64,000 nt of DNA, taken from the NCBI GenBank assembly GCA_918797485.1, contig CAKKNE010000001.1, forward strand, positions 2,294,001 to 2,358,000. Direction: 5' to 3'. The translations under genes and the position numbers were made by a program. This stretch comes from Pelagomonas calceolata. Its lineage: Eukaryota. The notes under the pieces were generated by a model, which was not told where the DNA came from, did not search any database, and was given only the letters and a program-made list of their open reading frames with translations. Of the stretch, positions 20,749 to 30,319 are shown in pieces (position 1 is the first letter of the stretch; every line of letters begins with the position of its first letter).

Positions 20749-20784
20749 CCTGAGCAGCAACCTGAGCGAACCAACGTGACGAAA

Positions 20785-22578
20785 ATGGCCGAAATCTTCA
20801 GCAGAGGCACCCACGTAACCGCTCTATGGGGCCACCGCTGGTACGCCGGCACCGTCGACGATATACTGGACGGCGGGCGGGCCTACGAGATCGCCTGGGC
20901 TGACGAGGAGACCTGCAACGAAGTGCCCGCGGCCGACGTCCGAGCGCTCGCTGTGAATGAGGAGCCCCGGCCCAAGAAGCAGAAGGTACAGAAACCGCGG
21001 GCCGACACGAAGCCGCCGCAAAAAAAGCGCCTCGGCGCGTCGCCGTTCGTAGAAAAGCCGCTCGCGCCGGCCGCCGACGAGTCGGAGTGGGCCTACCGCG
21101 CGCGGGCCCGGCGCCCGCACCGGAGACTACGAGACGACGTCGACGCGAACGACGACCACTGTTCTGTTTGTTGCGACGGCGGCAAGTTGCTGTGCTGCGC
21201 GACGTGCCCGCGGAGCTTCCACGAGGCCTGCGTGCGCAATTGTTTGGGCGAGGCCTACCTGCCGGGCGCGCGGCGGGCGAAATTAGATCTAGGTGGTACG
21301 ACTACGAAGAAGAAGCGGGACCACGCGCCGGCCGCAGCGGCCGTCGCTGGGATTACGCAGGAAGCGGCCGAGGAAAACTGGCATTGCCCAGTTTGCTGGC
21401 AGTCTCACGCAACAGAGTGCGTTATTTGTGGCGAAGCGGGCGACGACGACACGCGCCTCGTGCCCTGCGACCGCTGCCCGCGCGCCTTCCACGCGCGCTG
21501 CGCCGAGCTCGTCAGCGGGAGTGACGGCAAGCGCCGCTGCCGGGCCTGCGTTGTGGACGAGGCGGCGCCGACGACGCTGGCCCAAGCGCTCCAGCCGGAC
21601 GTCCTCAAGCAGATTGAAAGTTTGTGCGCGCAGCTCCCGCGGAACCACTTCGCGTCGATCTTCGGCGACCGCCTCAAGCGCATCCGGGAGCTCGCGGCCG
21701 AAACGCCCGAGGCCGCGGCCCACTCGCTCCAGGGCCTCCACACGGCCCAGGCCGTCGAGTCGAGACTGCACTTCGTGAAGACGAGTGAGGACGAGAAGGA
21801 GTTCCGGGCGAGCCGCAAAGTTGTAAAACCGTGCGAGCAGCTGTGGTCGCTCGCGCGCGACGGCATGGCGTGCGTGCCCGCGAGTTTATCAGAGGACGCC
21901 TGTTCAATGATGAGGGACGCGGCGCGCGAGTTTTATGATCGCGTCATGGTCACGGTGTCGAAGCGGGACGACCTCATGCACATCCTCGAAAACAAGGGCG
22001 GCTTTTCCACCTTCAAGACCCGCGACACGGGCCGCGCGGACATGGTGGTGCCTGGCTTAATAAAACAGGAGGGCGCCTGGGCATCACTGGAGACGGCGAA
22101 GTGGCTACCTCTCATCCGAAAGACGCTGGGCCCCGACGCCTGCCTGCGCCACGCCGGCGTCATCATGGCGATGCCCAATTCGGTAGCTCAAAAGTGGCAT
22201 TCAGACGGTGATCATATCGACGAGGATATAGTGCTGCCGCCGCACGCATTAAATGTGTTCGTACCGTTGGTCAAGTGCGACGTTTCGAACGGCGGCACGG
22301 AGTTCGTGCCCGGGACGCACGCCGACTGGACGGCTTCGTCCCATTCGTATGTGCTGGATGCGGCGCCGGGCGACGCTTTGGTTGCCGACTGGCGGCTAAA
22401 GCACCGGGGTTTAGCGAACCGGACGCGCGAAGACCGGCCCCTGCTGTACCTGACGTACGCGAGACCCTGGTTCGTCGACAAGTACAACTTCTCTTCTGAG
22501 AGATATGAGATGTTACCACCACTATGTAGTATGGACGCGACGCGGTCGGAGCGCGCTGATATAAGGGACATGGCTTAA
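20785..22578 (+). CDS. Tudor-like + two PHD fingers + PhyH-like 2-oxoglutarate/Fe(II) dioxygenase (~597 aa)
   Basis: Tudor-like VTALWGHRWYAGTV..YEIAWAD. PHD fingers CSVCCDGGKLLCCATCPRSFHEAC..WHCPVC and CVICG..CDRCPRAFHARC..CRAC. Dioxygenase motifs QKWHSDG, GGTEFVPGTH, LKHRGLAN. Confidence 0.85.
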   Translation: MAEIFSRGTHVTALWGHRWYAGTVDDILDGGRAYEIAWADEETCNEVPAADVRALAVNEEPRPKKQKVQKPRADTKPPQKKRLGASPFVEKPLAPAADESEWAYRARARRPHRRLRDDVDANDDHCSVCCDGGKLLCCATCPRSFHEACVRNCLGEAYLPGARRAKLDLGGTTTKKKRDHAPAAAAVAGITQEAAEENWHCPVCWQSHATECVICGEAGDDDTRLVPCDRCPRAFHARCAELVSGSDGKRRCRACVVDEAAPTTLAQALQPDVLKQIESLCAQLPRNHFASIFGDRLKRIRELAAETPEAAAHSLQGLHTAQAVESRLHFVKTSEDEKEFRASRKVVKPCEQLWSLARDGMACVPASLSEDACSMMRDAAREFYDRVMVTVSKRDDLMHILENKGGFSTFKTRDTGRADMVVPGLIKQEGAWASLETAKWLPLIRKTLGPDACLRHAGVIMAMPNSVAQKWHSDGDHIDEDIVLPPHALNVFVPLVKCDVSNGGTEFVPGTHADWTASSHSYVLDAAPGDALVADWRLKHRGLANRTREDRPLLYLTYARPWFVDKYNFSSERYEMLPPLCSMDATRSERADIRDMA

Positions 22579-22765
22579 TGAAACACATATAGCCTCTCGA
22601 CCCGCAGGCGTCAGCGCCTTGGGGTTAGGTGCCCTCGCCACCAAAAAGAATGGAGGCCATACAGATTGATTATTATCTAGGGCCCTCTAGAGCCACCCGG
22701 AAGGAGTTGTGCTGCTTCCGCGTCAGCGTCAGTGCGGCGTCACTAGGGGAGATGTGTGCATGCCA

Positions 22766-25159
22766 TCAGCGGCCCGGCGCCGACCTTTTTCTCGCGCTCT
22801 GGCGCGGCGGCGGCCTAGCTCTCTTATCATCATGCGTAGGTGGAGAATCATTTCCATCAATAAACGCCGCGCCGTGCTTTCTCTTCAGTAGAGTAAGTAA
22901 CCGTCTCCCGAGGTCGTACTTGTTCGGTAAAGGTTTGCCGAACGTGTCATCAGCACCACATGACGAGTAGTACGCGACGTCCTCCGGCAGGCAATTGCCC
23001 GACGTCGTAATCAGCACCGGCATCTGCTCCGGCGAGACCCTAGCTTTCAGGACGCCTAACACCTCACTACCTCGTAGTTTACCACCAGCAGTTTCATAGT
23101 GCTCATCTAGAAAAAGGATGTCATACTTCTGCTGCGAGTCGCAGACGCGCTCGATGACGCCTTCGCCCGTGTCGCACTCCTCCACGTTCCATTCTAGAGT
23201 GTTAAACGGTTCCGTAGTTGTTAGGTATCTCCGTAAAAGTTTTCTATTGAAATGCAAGTCGTCCGCCACTAAACACCTTAAACCGGGCGGCAAGGACCTC
23301 TTTACAAGTTCGTCGGACGCGGCGGCGTCGGCTGCCGCGGTCTCTTCGTTGCCGTGGAGCTCTCCCGTTTTGAGGAGTACGGTAAAATGGAACCTCGTGC
23401 CTCGTCCTTCGTGTACTGGAGATGTCAGTCTTAACTCACCACCCATCAACGCGACGAGTTGTTGCGCTACGGCTAATCCCAATCCTGTACTTTGAGCCAA
23501 TCTTGGTTCGGTCGAACCGGATCGCTGCCTACCAGGAGCTGAACCGGCTTCATCCACAATGACATATTTGGCAAACACCGTCCTTTGATGTTCGGCGTCG
23601 ATGCCGCAGCCCGTGTCGCGGACTTCGAACGTGACCGCAACAAACCCGTTTTGCAAGGGTTCATCTATTAAGTTGGAGGGTAGTGATCTCCTGTTGGAGT
23701 ACACCGTAGCTATGATCTCAATACTACCTTGGATCGTGTGCTTGCAGGCGTTACCTAGCAAGTTCAGTAGAATTTGCCTCAGTCTCACGGCGTCGCCCAC
23801 AATTGGTAACGAGTCCAAGCGAGCCCCCGTAGCACCATCCACGACAGAAGCTTCCAAGCGAACGCCTTCCTGCGGCCGGATCATGTCCCTCACGTCTAAG
23901 ACGACCGCCGCCCCGTCGAACGGTTTTTGCGACAGCGTCATCGCGCCCTCTTCAATCCTTCTCAAGTCAAGGACATTATTCAGCACGTCGGACATGTGCT
24001 GGCTGCAGAGGTTGGCCGACGAGACGTCCTCCACTAACTGATCTACACAAGAAGCCAGTCGCCGTTTCGCCGCTGCGGGCAAAGTAGAGCCCCTAGATTC
24101 CGTCAAACACAGCTGCGCTTCCCGGATCGTGTCGCCCATGCACGATAAATGCCCGGCGATGCCGTTGTAGGGGTTCCTCATCTCATGAAATACATAGGAA
24201 ACGAAAATGGTCTCCGCGCGCAGTTGTTCCGCGAGCCGCCAGTTTTCTATTCCTTGCGCTCGTTCATGCCGTTGCTCCAGCGTCTCGATCCTACCCTGCA
24301 TCATGACTAAGGTACATAGTGTTTTGGTGCACGTCTCGATCACTACGATCAGCAGGTCGTAATTATCCCCATCTAGTAGATCGACAGCAGTCAAACCCTG
24401 TAAAATGGGAAAGGCCCACCAGCTCACCACAATGGCCATGGCTAATGCCCTAACAGACATCTCCTGGCCCCTCAGTAAGGCATCTAATGGATTTTGCGAC
24501 TCTGCGGGTGCCGCTAGTAATAACTTGTCGTAGAGCATGGATGTTAGTAAGCCTAGAAACACCGCAGACAAGGTATACCCCAACACACAAGGTACGAAGC
24601 TTGTGAAGCCACCTGCCAACCAACCAGCGTAGATAACAGAGCCAGCCAGGATAACCATATCTAGTGCCACCGATAACTCACAAGACGCGGCGTGCGCACA
24701 CAACAACGCCATCAGCGGCATCGTGTGGAACCACGTCGCGTATCGTAAGTTAGGCGTATTCACGCCAAAAAAGTCTCGACGAGGGGCGACGTCGTGCGTC
24801 GCCCTTAACACATAACATAAACCAGCAACGAAGTTGACCGTGAGCGTCGTCCAGAGGACGTGCAAGCCCCGCCATCCTACCGACAGCAGTAGGGTTGTTG
24901 TGGACACGAATGCCACAACGCCGTAGGTCGTGGCGGCGCACGCGTCCCTTGTTATCAAATTGTCGATCGGCTCGTTGATGACGTTCGGGATGATCAAGGC
25001 GTATGACAGTAAGCATAACAATGAAGCTTTTGCCGACGCCGCGGCGCCCAGGGAAAAAATGCTCTTGAGGCGCTCGGTGGGCATGCTGTACCGCAGGAAG
25101 AGGACCGCGGCCAAGTCTAAGCCGGGCAGGACCATCGTGTAGAGGGGCGACGGCGTCAT
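22766..25159 (-). CDS. Microbial rhodopsin-histidine kinase-response regulator hybrid (histidine kinase rhodopsin), 797 aa
   Basis: Opsin helix C LRYATWFHTMPL, helix F SWWAFPIL, helix G IETCTKTL (Lys279). H-box FHEMRNP, N-box NLLGNACK, G1 DTGCGI, G2 TGLGLA. Receiver LVADD..FLDEH..TSGN..GKP. Confidence 0.85.
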   Translation of the reverse strand: MTPSPLYTMVLPGLDLAAVLFLRYSMPTERLKSIFSLGAAASAKASLLCLLSYALIIPNVINEPIDNLITRDACAATTYGVVAFVSTTTLLLSVGWRGLHVLWTTLTVNFVAGLCYVLRATHDVAPRRDFFGVNTPNLRYATWFHTMPLMALLCAHAASCELSVALDMVILAGSVIYAGWLAGGFTSFVPCVLGYTLSAVFLGLLTSMLYDKLLLAAPAESQNPLDALLRGQEMSVRALAMAIVVSWWAFPILQGLTAVDLLDGDNYDLLIVVIETCTKTLCTLVMMQGRIETLEQRHERAQGIENWRLAEQLRAETIFVSYVFHEMRNPYNGIAGHLSCMGDTIREAQLCLTESRGSTLPAAAKRRLASCVDQLVEDVSSANLCSQHMSDVLNNVLDLRRIEEGAMTLSQKPFDGAAVVLDVRDMIRPQEGVRLEASVVDGATGARLDSLPIVGDAVRLRQILLNLLGNACKHTIQGSIEIIATVYSNRRSLPSNLIDEPLQNGFVAVTFEVRDTGCGIDAEHQRTVFAKYVIVDEAGSAPGRQRSGSTEPRLAQSTGLGLAVAQQLVALMGGELRLTSPVHEGRGTRFHFTVLLKTGELHGNEETAAADAAASDELVKRSLPPGLRCLVADDLHFNRKLLRRYLTTTEPFNTLEWNVEECDTGEGVIERVCDSQQKYDILFLDEHYETAGGKLRGSEVLGVLKARVSPEQMPVLITTSGNCLPEDVAYYSSCGADDTFGKPLPNKYDLGRRLLTLLKRKHGAAFIDGNDSPPTHDDKRARPPPRQSARKRSAPGR

Positions 25160-25749
25160 GGTTGTTTGTTTGCGCGCTTCTTGTTTTGAGCGCTGCCTCG
25201 CGGTCGCGGCCGGTCCACGCGCGGTGTCCGACGGGCTTTTCGACGCGCCGCGACGGCGTTTGGAGGGCTGTCTGGCTGGGCTTCCTTTTTGTTGCCCTGC
25301 GGAGTGCGCTAACGGACCGAGAGCTGTTGGCGCTGCAGCGAGCTGTTACCAGCGCCGCAGCGATGCGAGTAGAAGCCGCGCGCGGCTGTCCTACCTCCTG
25401 TCCTCACCTCGAGATCTGGCTGCGTGGCCAAAAGAAAATGAACCTGTGGGATCTGTCCGAGCGCGCGTGGAAGAGTCTTCCTTCGGCTCCCCTCCGACAG
25501 CTCTCTTTTACTTGGCTCAAGTCGGCTTGGTTTTCACCATGAGAACGTGGGCAGCCCAGTCGGAGCCCTCCCATGGGGAAGCGCTCGGTACGGCGACCCC
25601 TGTGACCAGTAGAGGGAAGCGTCGTAAGGGGGCACACTGTTTTTGCCGCGACGCGGCGACCGGCGGCGAGCGCGCGGTGCCGCGGATGGCGGATCGCGCA
25701 GTGTGTCTCCCAGGGGCCCTAGCACGGACAGCCATACGAAAAACAGAAC

Positions 25750-28266
25750 TTAAGATGACTCCTGGTGGCTCGCCGCCGGCGGCCGGGGTTTAGCTGTCCG
25801 CCGCCTCCTCGACAACTTCACGACGCCCAGCACCGCGTCGACGCCGATGACGTGGAACGCCTTGTCGGCGCCGACCGTTAACTCCTCCGGTGAACCAGGC
25901 CAGCCGCGGTACTCAGACTTGTGCACGAGGCCTTCTCTCGAGCGAGAGAACCGCACGACGCAGCCGTAGTCTCTAACGTCCGTCACCGTGCCTCTCACTT
26001 CGTCGCCGACCCTAATCTCGCCCACAATATCCAAGACCAGCTTTCGAGCCGCCGAACACTGCCGCATGGAGTCCGCGAAGATCGTCGCCTCTCCACTTAC
26101 CGTTCGCGCGTCGATGTCCGCGCCGGTCTCGTCCTCGATCTCTCTCAGATGCTCGCCGCGCGGGCCGATGAGATCGCCGACACGTGAAGCGTCGAAGGTC
26201 ACGACGGCGACGCGCGGCGCGTGTCTTTTCAATCGTGGCCGCGGCCTCGCCGCCGTCGGCGGCCGTCGCTTCGTAGGTGGCGGCCGCTCCGGCTCCGGTT
26301 CCGGTTCCGGCTCCGGCTCCGGCGTCGGCTCCGGCGCGGCGCCGAAGAGCCGCGCGAGGAACGACGGCGGCGGAGGCGCTTCCTCCGGAGCGGGCGCCTC
26401 CACCACGTCGTCGTCGTCGACCAACAAAAAGGGCGCGTCACTCGACCGTGGCCGCCGCGGCTCGCGGTCTCCATTTAACACACATGAGTCCATGTGGCCC
26501 AGGATCTCGCGCCGCGCCGTCGTTGCTCTCCCAAAGGCCTCGCCGAGCACTTCGAGCGAAACGCCGTCGCCCTTGACGTCGACTTGAGCGGCTGTGATGC
26601 CTCTTTCCGTCCCGGCCACCTTGCAGTCCATGCTCCCGAAGTGGTCCTCCGTGCCCGTCGGGTCCGTGAGTAATGTCGAGCCGCTCAATCCAACAGAAGC
26701 GCCGGCGACGGGCGCTCGAAGCGGCACGCCGCAGTCGTGCAGAGCCAGCGAAGCCGCACAGACCGACGCCATCGACGTCGAACCGGAGGAGGCCGCGACA
26801 TTTGTACGTGTCGTAACAGCGTAGGGGAATCGCGAGCGAGACGGGAATACAGCAGCAAGGGCCCGCTCCGCCAGCGCGCCGTGGCCCACCGCTCTCCTAT
26901 TAGCTCGCAGTATATCCTTCGTGTCGCCCGTGGCGGACGACGGGAAGTCGTAGTGCAGCGTGAAGCGCCGGTCGATGTTCCTCAATGACGACGAAGTGTC
27001 CCGGTCGTAGTTGGACTCGCGCGGCCGCCGTCGTCGCGAGACCCTCGGGTCGGTCCGTCGCCACGCCGCGTGCTCGCGGAACGACGCATTCGGATCGGCA
27101 TCTAATGAGGGAACCCTTCTCGACGGCGGCGCGGCGAGCGTCACCGTCGAATCGACGCGCGTCTCGCCTCGACTAAACGAGGAACTACCGTGCGGCACTT
27201 GGAGCACGCCACACCTTGACTGTAATACTCGGAGTTCATCGGTACGTCGGCGGTCGCTCCGCGCGTTGTTTTGTGCCGCTTGCGCCATCGCGTCCCTTCC
27301 TAACAATTCGACGGCGCGCGCCGCCGCGGCTTTTACGGCCCGCTCGTCCCCATCTAATTCTGAGGCGACGGCCTCGATGACATCGAAGAACGCGCGGTCC
27401 TGCGCCCTGCCTCGGTCCCGCTTCGACGAAGGGTCCTCGTCGTCCCTCAGATTCCGTCCACTGAAGAAGTCGATGAGTTGAGACACGTGGCGTTGCGCCG
27501 CTTGCGATGCGAGCGCGTCCAACCTAGCTCTTTCTTCATGCATCGGTCGTTCCACAGAAGAAGGCGCGAGCGCGTTGATGGCGTCGACGATCGGCGCCGC
27601 CGCAGAATGGGCCTCCAGCAAAGCGTCTTTGAGCAGAGCGTCTTTCGCCGGCGCGCAGCCCAGCTCCAACGCCACACAGCCAACGCCGTCCGTCGCATAT
27701 AACAAGTCGAACCCACTGTTCTCGCAGAACCATAACGGTGGGTCTCTTGTAAAGGAAGCACCTCGTCTCGAGAGACGTGAGGCGCCCACGGGGCCCTTCC
27801 AGGGCACTCCTGCCAAAGCCAAAGCGCAGGACGCGGCGTTCGCTCCTAATGTAATGACATCACCATCACCATCACTCGACGCTACTTCCACATCTACTCG
27901 CACCGTTTCGAGGAAGCCGTCGCCGTGGAACCGCGGCCTTAGGGCACGATCAATATTCCGCGCTGCTAATATTTCTTGATCGGACGCGCGGACGTTTTCT
28001 CTTCCACTTGCTGTTGTAGGTGGTAGCCCTGCGGCTGATGACGGGTGGCGAAAATCGACGTGCAGCGGCGCGCCGCCTCCAGTATAATACAAAGCGTCCT
28101 CCCCAGAAGCCCAGCGCCAGCTCACGCTCGCGTGGACGACGGTGCCGCCCCTCGACGCGACGCAGGACGCGTCGGCGAGCGTGTTGTTTTTCTGGAGGTG
28201 GATGGCGTCGCGGTGTCTTGGTATTATGACTTTTGTCGCTAGGGCTCGCCGCGTGTGGCGGAGCAT
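25750..28266 (-). CDS. pnp: Polyribonucleotide nucleotidyltransferase (PNPase), probably organellar
   Basis: Two RNase PH domains (RNIDRALRP; HGSSSFSRGET, HYDFP, NRRAVGHGALAERAL, SGSTSMASVC, MDCKVAGT), KH (LIGPRG) and S1 (EGLVHKSE). First ATG is at 28266. Confidence 0.9.
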   Translation of the reverse strand: MLRHTRRALATKVIIPRHRDAIHLQKNNTLADASCVASRGGTVVHASVSWRWASGEDALYYTGGGAPLHVDFRHPSSAAGLPPTTASGRENVRASDQEILAARNIDRALRPRFHGDGFLETVRVDVEVASSDGDGDVITLGANAASCALALAGVPWKGPVGASRLSRRGASFTRDPPLWFCENSGFDLLYATDGVGCVALELGCAPAKDALLKDALLEAHSAAAPIVDAINALAPSSVERPMHEERARLDALASQAAQRHVSQLIDFFSGRNLRDDEDPSSKRDRGRAQDRAFFDVIEAVASELDGDERAVKAAAARAVELLGRDAMAQAAQNNARSDRRRTDELRVLQSRCGVLQVPHGSSSFSRGETRVDSTVTLAAPPSRRVPSLDADPNASFREHAAWRRTDPRVSRRRRPRESNYDRDTSSSLRNIDRRFTLHYDFPSSATGDTKDILRANRRAVGHGALAERALAAVFPSRSRFPYAVTTRTNVAASSGSTSMASVCAASLALHDCGVPLRAPVAGASVGLSGSTLLTDPTGTEDHFGSMDCKVAGTERGITAAQVDVKGDGVSLEVLGEAFGRATTARREILGHMDSCVLNGDREPRRPRSSDAPFLLVDDDDVVEAPAPEEAPPPPSFLARLFGAAPEPTPEPEPEPEPEPERPPPTKRRPPTAARPRPRLKRHAPRVAVVTFDASRVGDLIGPRGEHLREIEDETGADIDARTVSGEATIFADSMRQCSAARKLVLDIVGEIRVGDEVRGTVTDVRDYGCVVRFSRSREGLVHKSEYRGWPGSPEELTVGADKAFHVIGVDAVLGVVKLSRRRRTAKPRPPAASHQESS

Positions 28267-28602
28267 TATATTGCTCGCGGCCGCCACGCGGCGCTGGCAG
28301 CAGTGGTGATGTTAGGCCTGGCACTTAGCACGTGTTGCACGGCCGTTGCTGCGCTGATAGGTAAGGCGTGTGTGGCTCTAATGATAAAATATTAGGCAAT
28401 CCGCAGGGCCCAGAAGCTACTGCACACCGATTTTTCACCGCGGTGGCGGCGCACAGCTAGCTAGCGTCCTGTAAGGCACTAGCATTCACGGCATCAGCGC
28501 CACCGGGGCTGTAGCGCCGCTACGACACGACAGAGCATCAATTGTGGCCTCCTGATACTCCCACAAAGGCGTATCGCAGCGCTGCGCCCGCGCGCATGCT
28601 CG

Positions 28603-29199
28603 ATGCGGGCGTTCTCAGGAGATGTCCAGGCACGCTGGCAGGCGCGGCGCGACCGCACGGATGCCGAAGCGGTGCACCAGCCGCGCGCGAGAACTGGTGT
28701 GCCGAACCAGCAGTTCCTCGCGTCGACGGTGCGCGCCGTCGACGGCCACAATCGACGCCTCGCGGAACGCCCACGCGGCAGCGACGGTGCCACCGGCGCG
28801 CCGCGCGACGGTGACGCTGACGAGGAGCGCCGGTCAGACATGCTGGACGAACGGTTGGATTGGGCCGCGCGAAAGGCTGCAGCTGCGGCCGCCGCGGCCG
28901 ACGATGACGACGACGACGACGGTAGCGACGATAGCGACGACGCCGCCGCGGCGCGCGCGCGCAAGAAAGCCCAAAAGAAGAAGCTGAAGAAGGAGGCCAA
29001 GAAGCTCGCGAAGAAAATACTCCTCAAGAAGAAGAAGAAGAAAATGAAACGGCGGCGCGCCGAAGCGGAGGCGGCAGAGGGCGATGACGAAGTGCGTGCG
29101 GCGATGGGTTTTGGAGGCTTCGCGTCGACGAGCGGCGGGTCGGTGGATGACAACCGGACGGGCGCGGCACGCGGCGGGGCCGCGGCTTCGTCGTCGTGA
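28603..29199 (+). CDS. Lys/Asp-rich low-complexity protein with a C-terminal MGFGGF motif (similar to the snRNP27 tail)
   Basis: PNQQFLASTVRAVDGHN, poly-D, poly-K and EVRAAMGFGGFAST. Start uncertain. Confidence 0.6.
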   Translation: MRAFSGDVQARWQARRDRTDAEAVHQPRARTGVPNQQFLASTVRAVDGHNRRLAERPRGSDGATGAPRDGDADEERRSDMLDERLDWAARKAAAAAAAADDDDDDDGSDDSDDAAAARARKKAQKKKLKKEAKKLAKKILLKKKKKKMKRRRAEAEAAEGDDEVRAAMGFGGFASTSGGSVDDNRTGAARGGAAASSS

Positions 29200-29504
29200 C
29201 GGCAGCGCCAATGTTAATGTGATTTTTGTGTGCATAGGGGTTTCGATGATGCCTCCGTCGTAGTGTTCTGCCGGCAACCCGCTAGCGGCCTGGTAAGACA
29301 CTAGCAAGGCAAAAGCTCGAGTTGTGCCAGCCTTGTCAGTCGCCGCTGCTGCCGCATGGGCGTTGTACTAGCGCTCGTCCACACGATCTGCGTAAGAGGA
29401 CCGAACGAAGGCGAAACTACGATCGACAGCTGCCTGCATTGCGCTAGAGCCACACACTGCCAGCTACACATTGTCAGCCTCGAGAGCCTGGAGCCTGGTC
29501 AACA

Positions 29505-30224
29505 ATGGTGCGCCAATATTTCTGGTGCTTGATACTCGCGCATCACGCGTCAGCCCTGAAAGCACCAAATGCTTCGAAAACGCTGGCGACGCGCGCAAGA
29601 GGCGCCGGCGCCGTCGTAGCGGTGAGCGGCGCAGCACTCGTAGCGGTATCGATTGATGTAAATACGCTGCACGTCGTGGCACCGTCGATCGACGATGCAG
29701 CGAGACACTGGGCGGCGAATCACGCGGCCGGGAATGACAACTCGCTGGGACGCGTGCTGTCAGACATCGCACCGGGCCTCGGCGTGCCCTGCGCCGCCGC
29801 GTCCCTCGCCCTCGTGGCGCGGCGCGGCGCGGACGCTTTGAGAATAGTCGCGCCTCTGGGCGTCGGCTTCGGCGCCTTCGTCCAGGGTTTTTCGGGCGTG
29901 CTCAAGGACGCGACGCAACGCATCCGACCGGACCCGCTCCACCACTCGACCTATTCGTTTCCGTCGTCGCATACCGCCTCAGCCACGTTCCTCGCGGGTG
30001 CCTTCCTCGCGGTGTTAGTACCGGCGCTCCTTGGTGACGACGAGGAGGAGTTCTGGACGTGGACGCCACAAACAATAACGTCGGTCGCGAGCATCACGGC
30101 CCTGACCGCCACCGGCCGTATATTAACAGAGAGCCACTTCCTCAGCGACACGCTCGCCGGCGCCGCGCTCGGGATTGGTGCTCTAGGGGCGACCGCGTTG
30201 GTCAGTAGTCGGAGTAATGGGTAG
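29505..30224 (+). CDS. PAP2-family phosphatase with a signal peptide
   Basis: KDATQRIRP, FPSSH and RILTESHFLSD match the three PAP2 motifs. Confidence 0.85.
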   Translation: MVRQYFWCLILAHHASALKAPNASKTLATRARGAGAVVAVSGAALVAVSIDVNTLHVVAPSIDDAARHWAANHAAGNDNSLGRVLSDIAPGLGVPCAAASLALVARRGADALRIVAPLGVGFGAFVQGFSGVLKDATQRIRPDPLHHSTYSFPSSHTASATFLAGAFLAVLVPALLGDDEEEFWTWTPQTITSVASITALTATGRILTESHFLSDTLAGAALGIGALGATALVSSRSNG

Positions 30225-30319
30225 TAGGATGAGACTACGACGTATGGGGAATCCAACCTTACTCCCAAGGAAGGCCCAGGGGATGCGTGCGCCAGCCGCA
30301 CGCCGGCCGACGCGACCAC

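Noticed and set aside
26277..26420. Pro/Glu-rich insert in PNPase as a possible intron
   Set aside because: It is in frame, reads as a low-complexity linker, and I found no convincing donor/acceptor pair or intron motif.
26766..26780. ACGCCATCGACG match inside PNPase
   Set aside because: It lies in the conserved STSMASV coding motif with no frame break, so it is a chance match.
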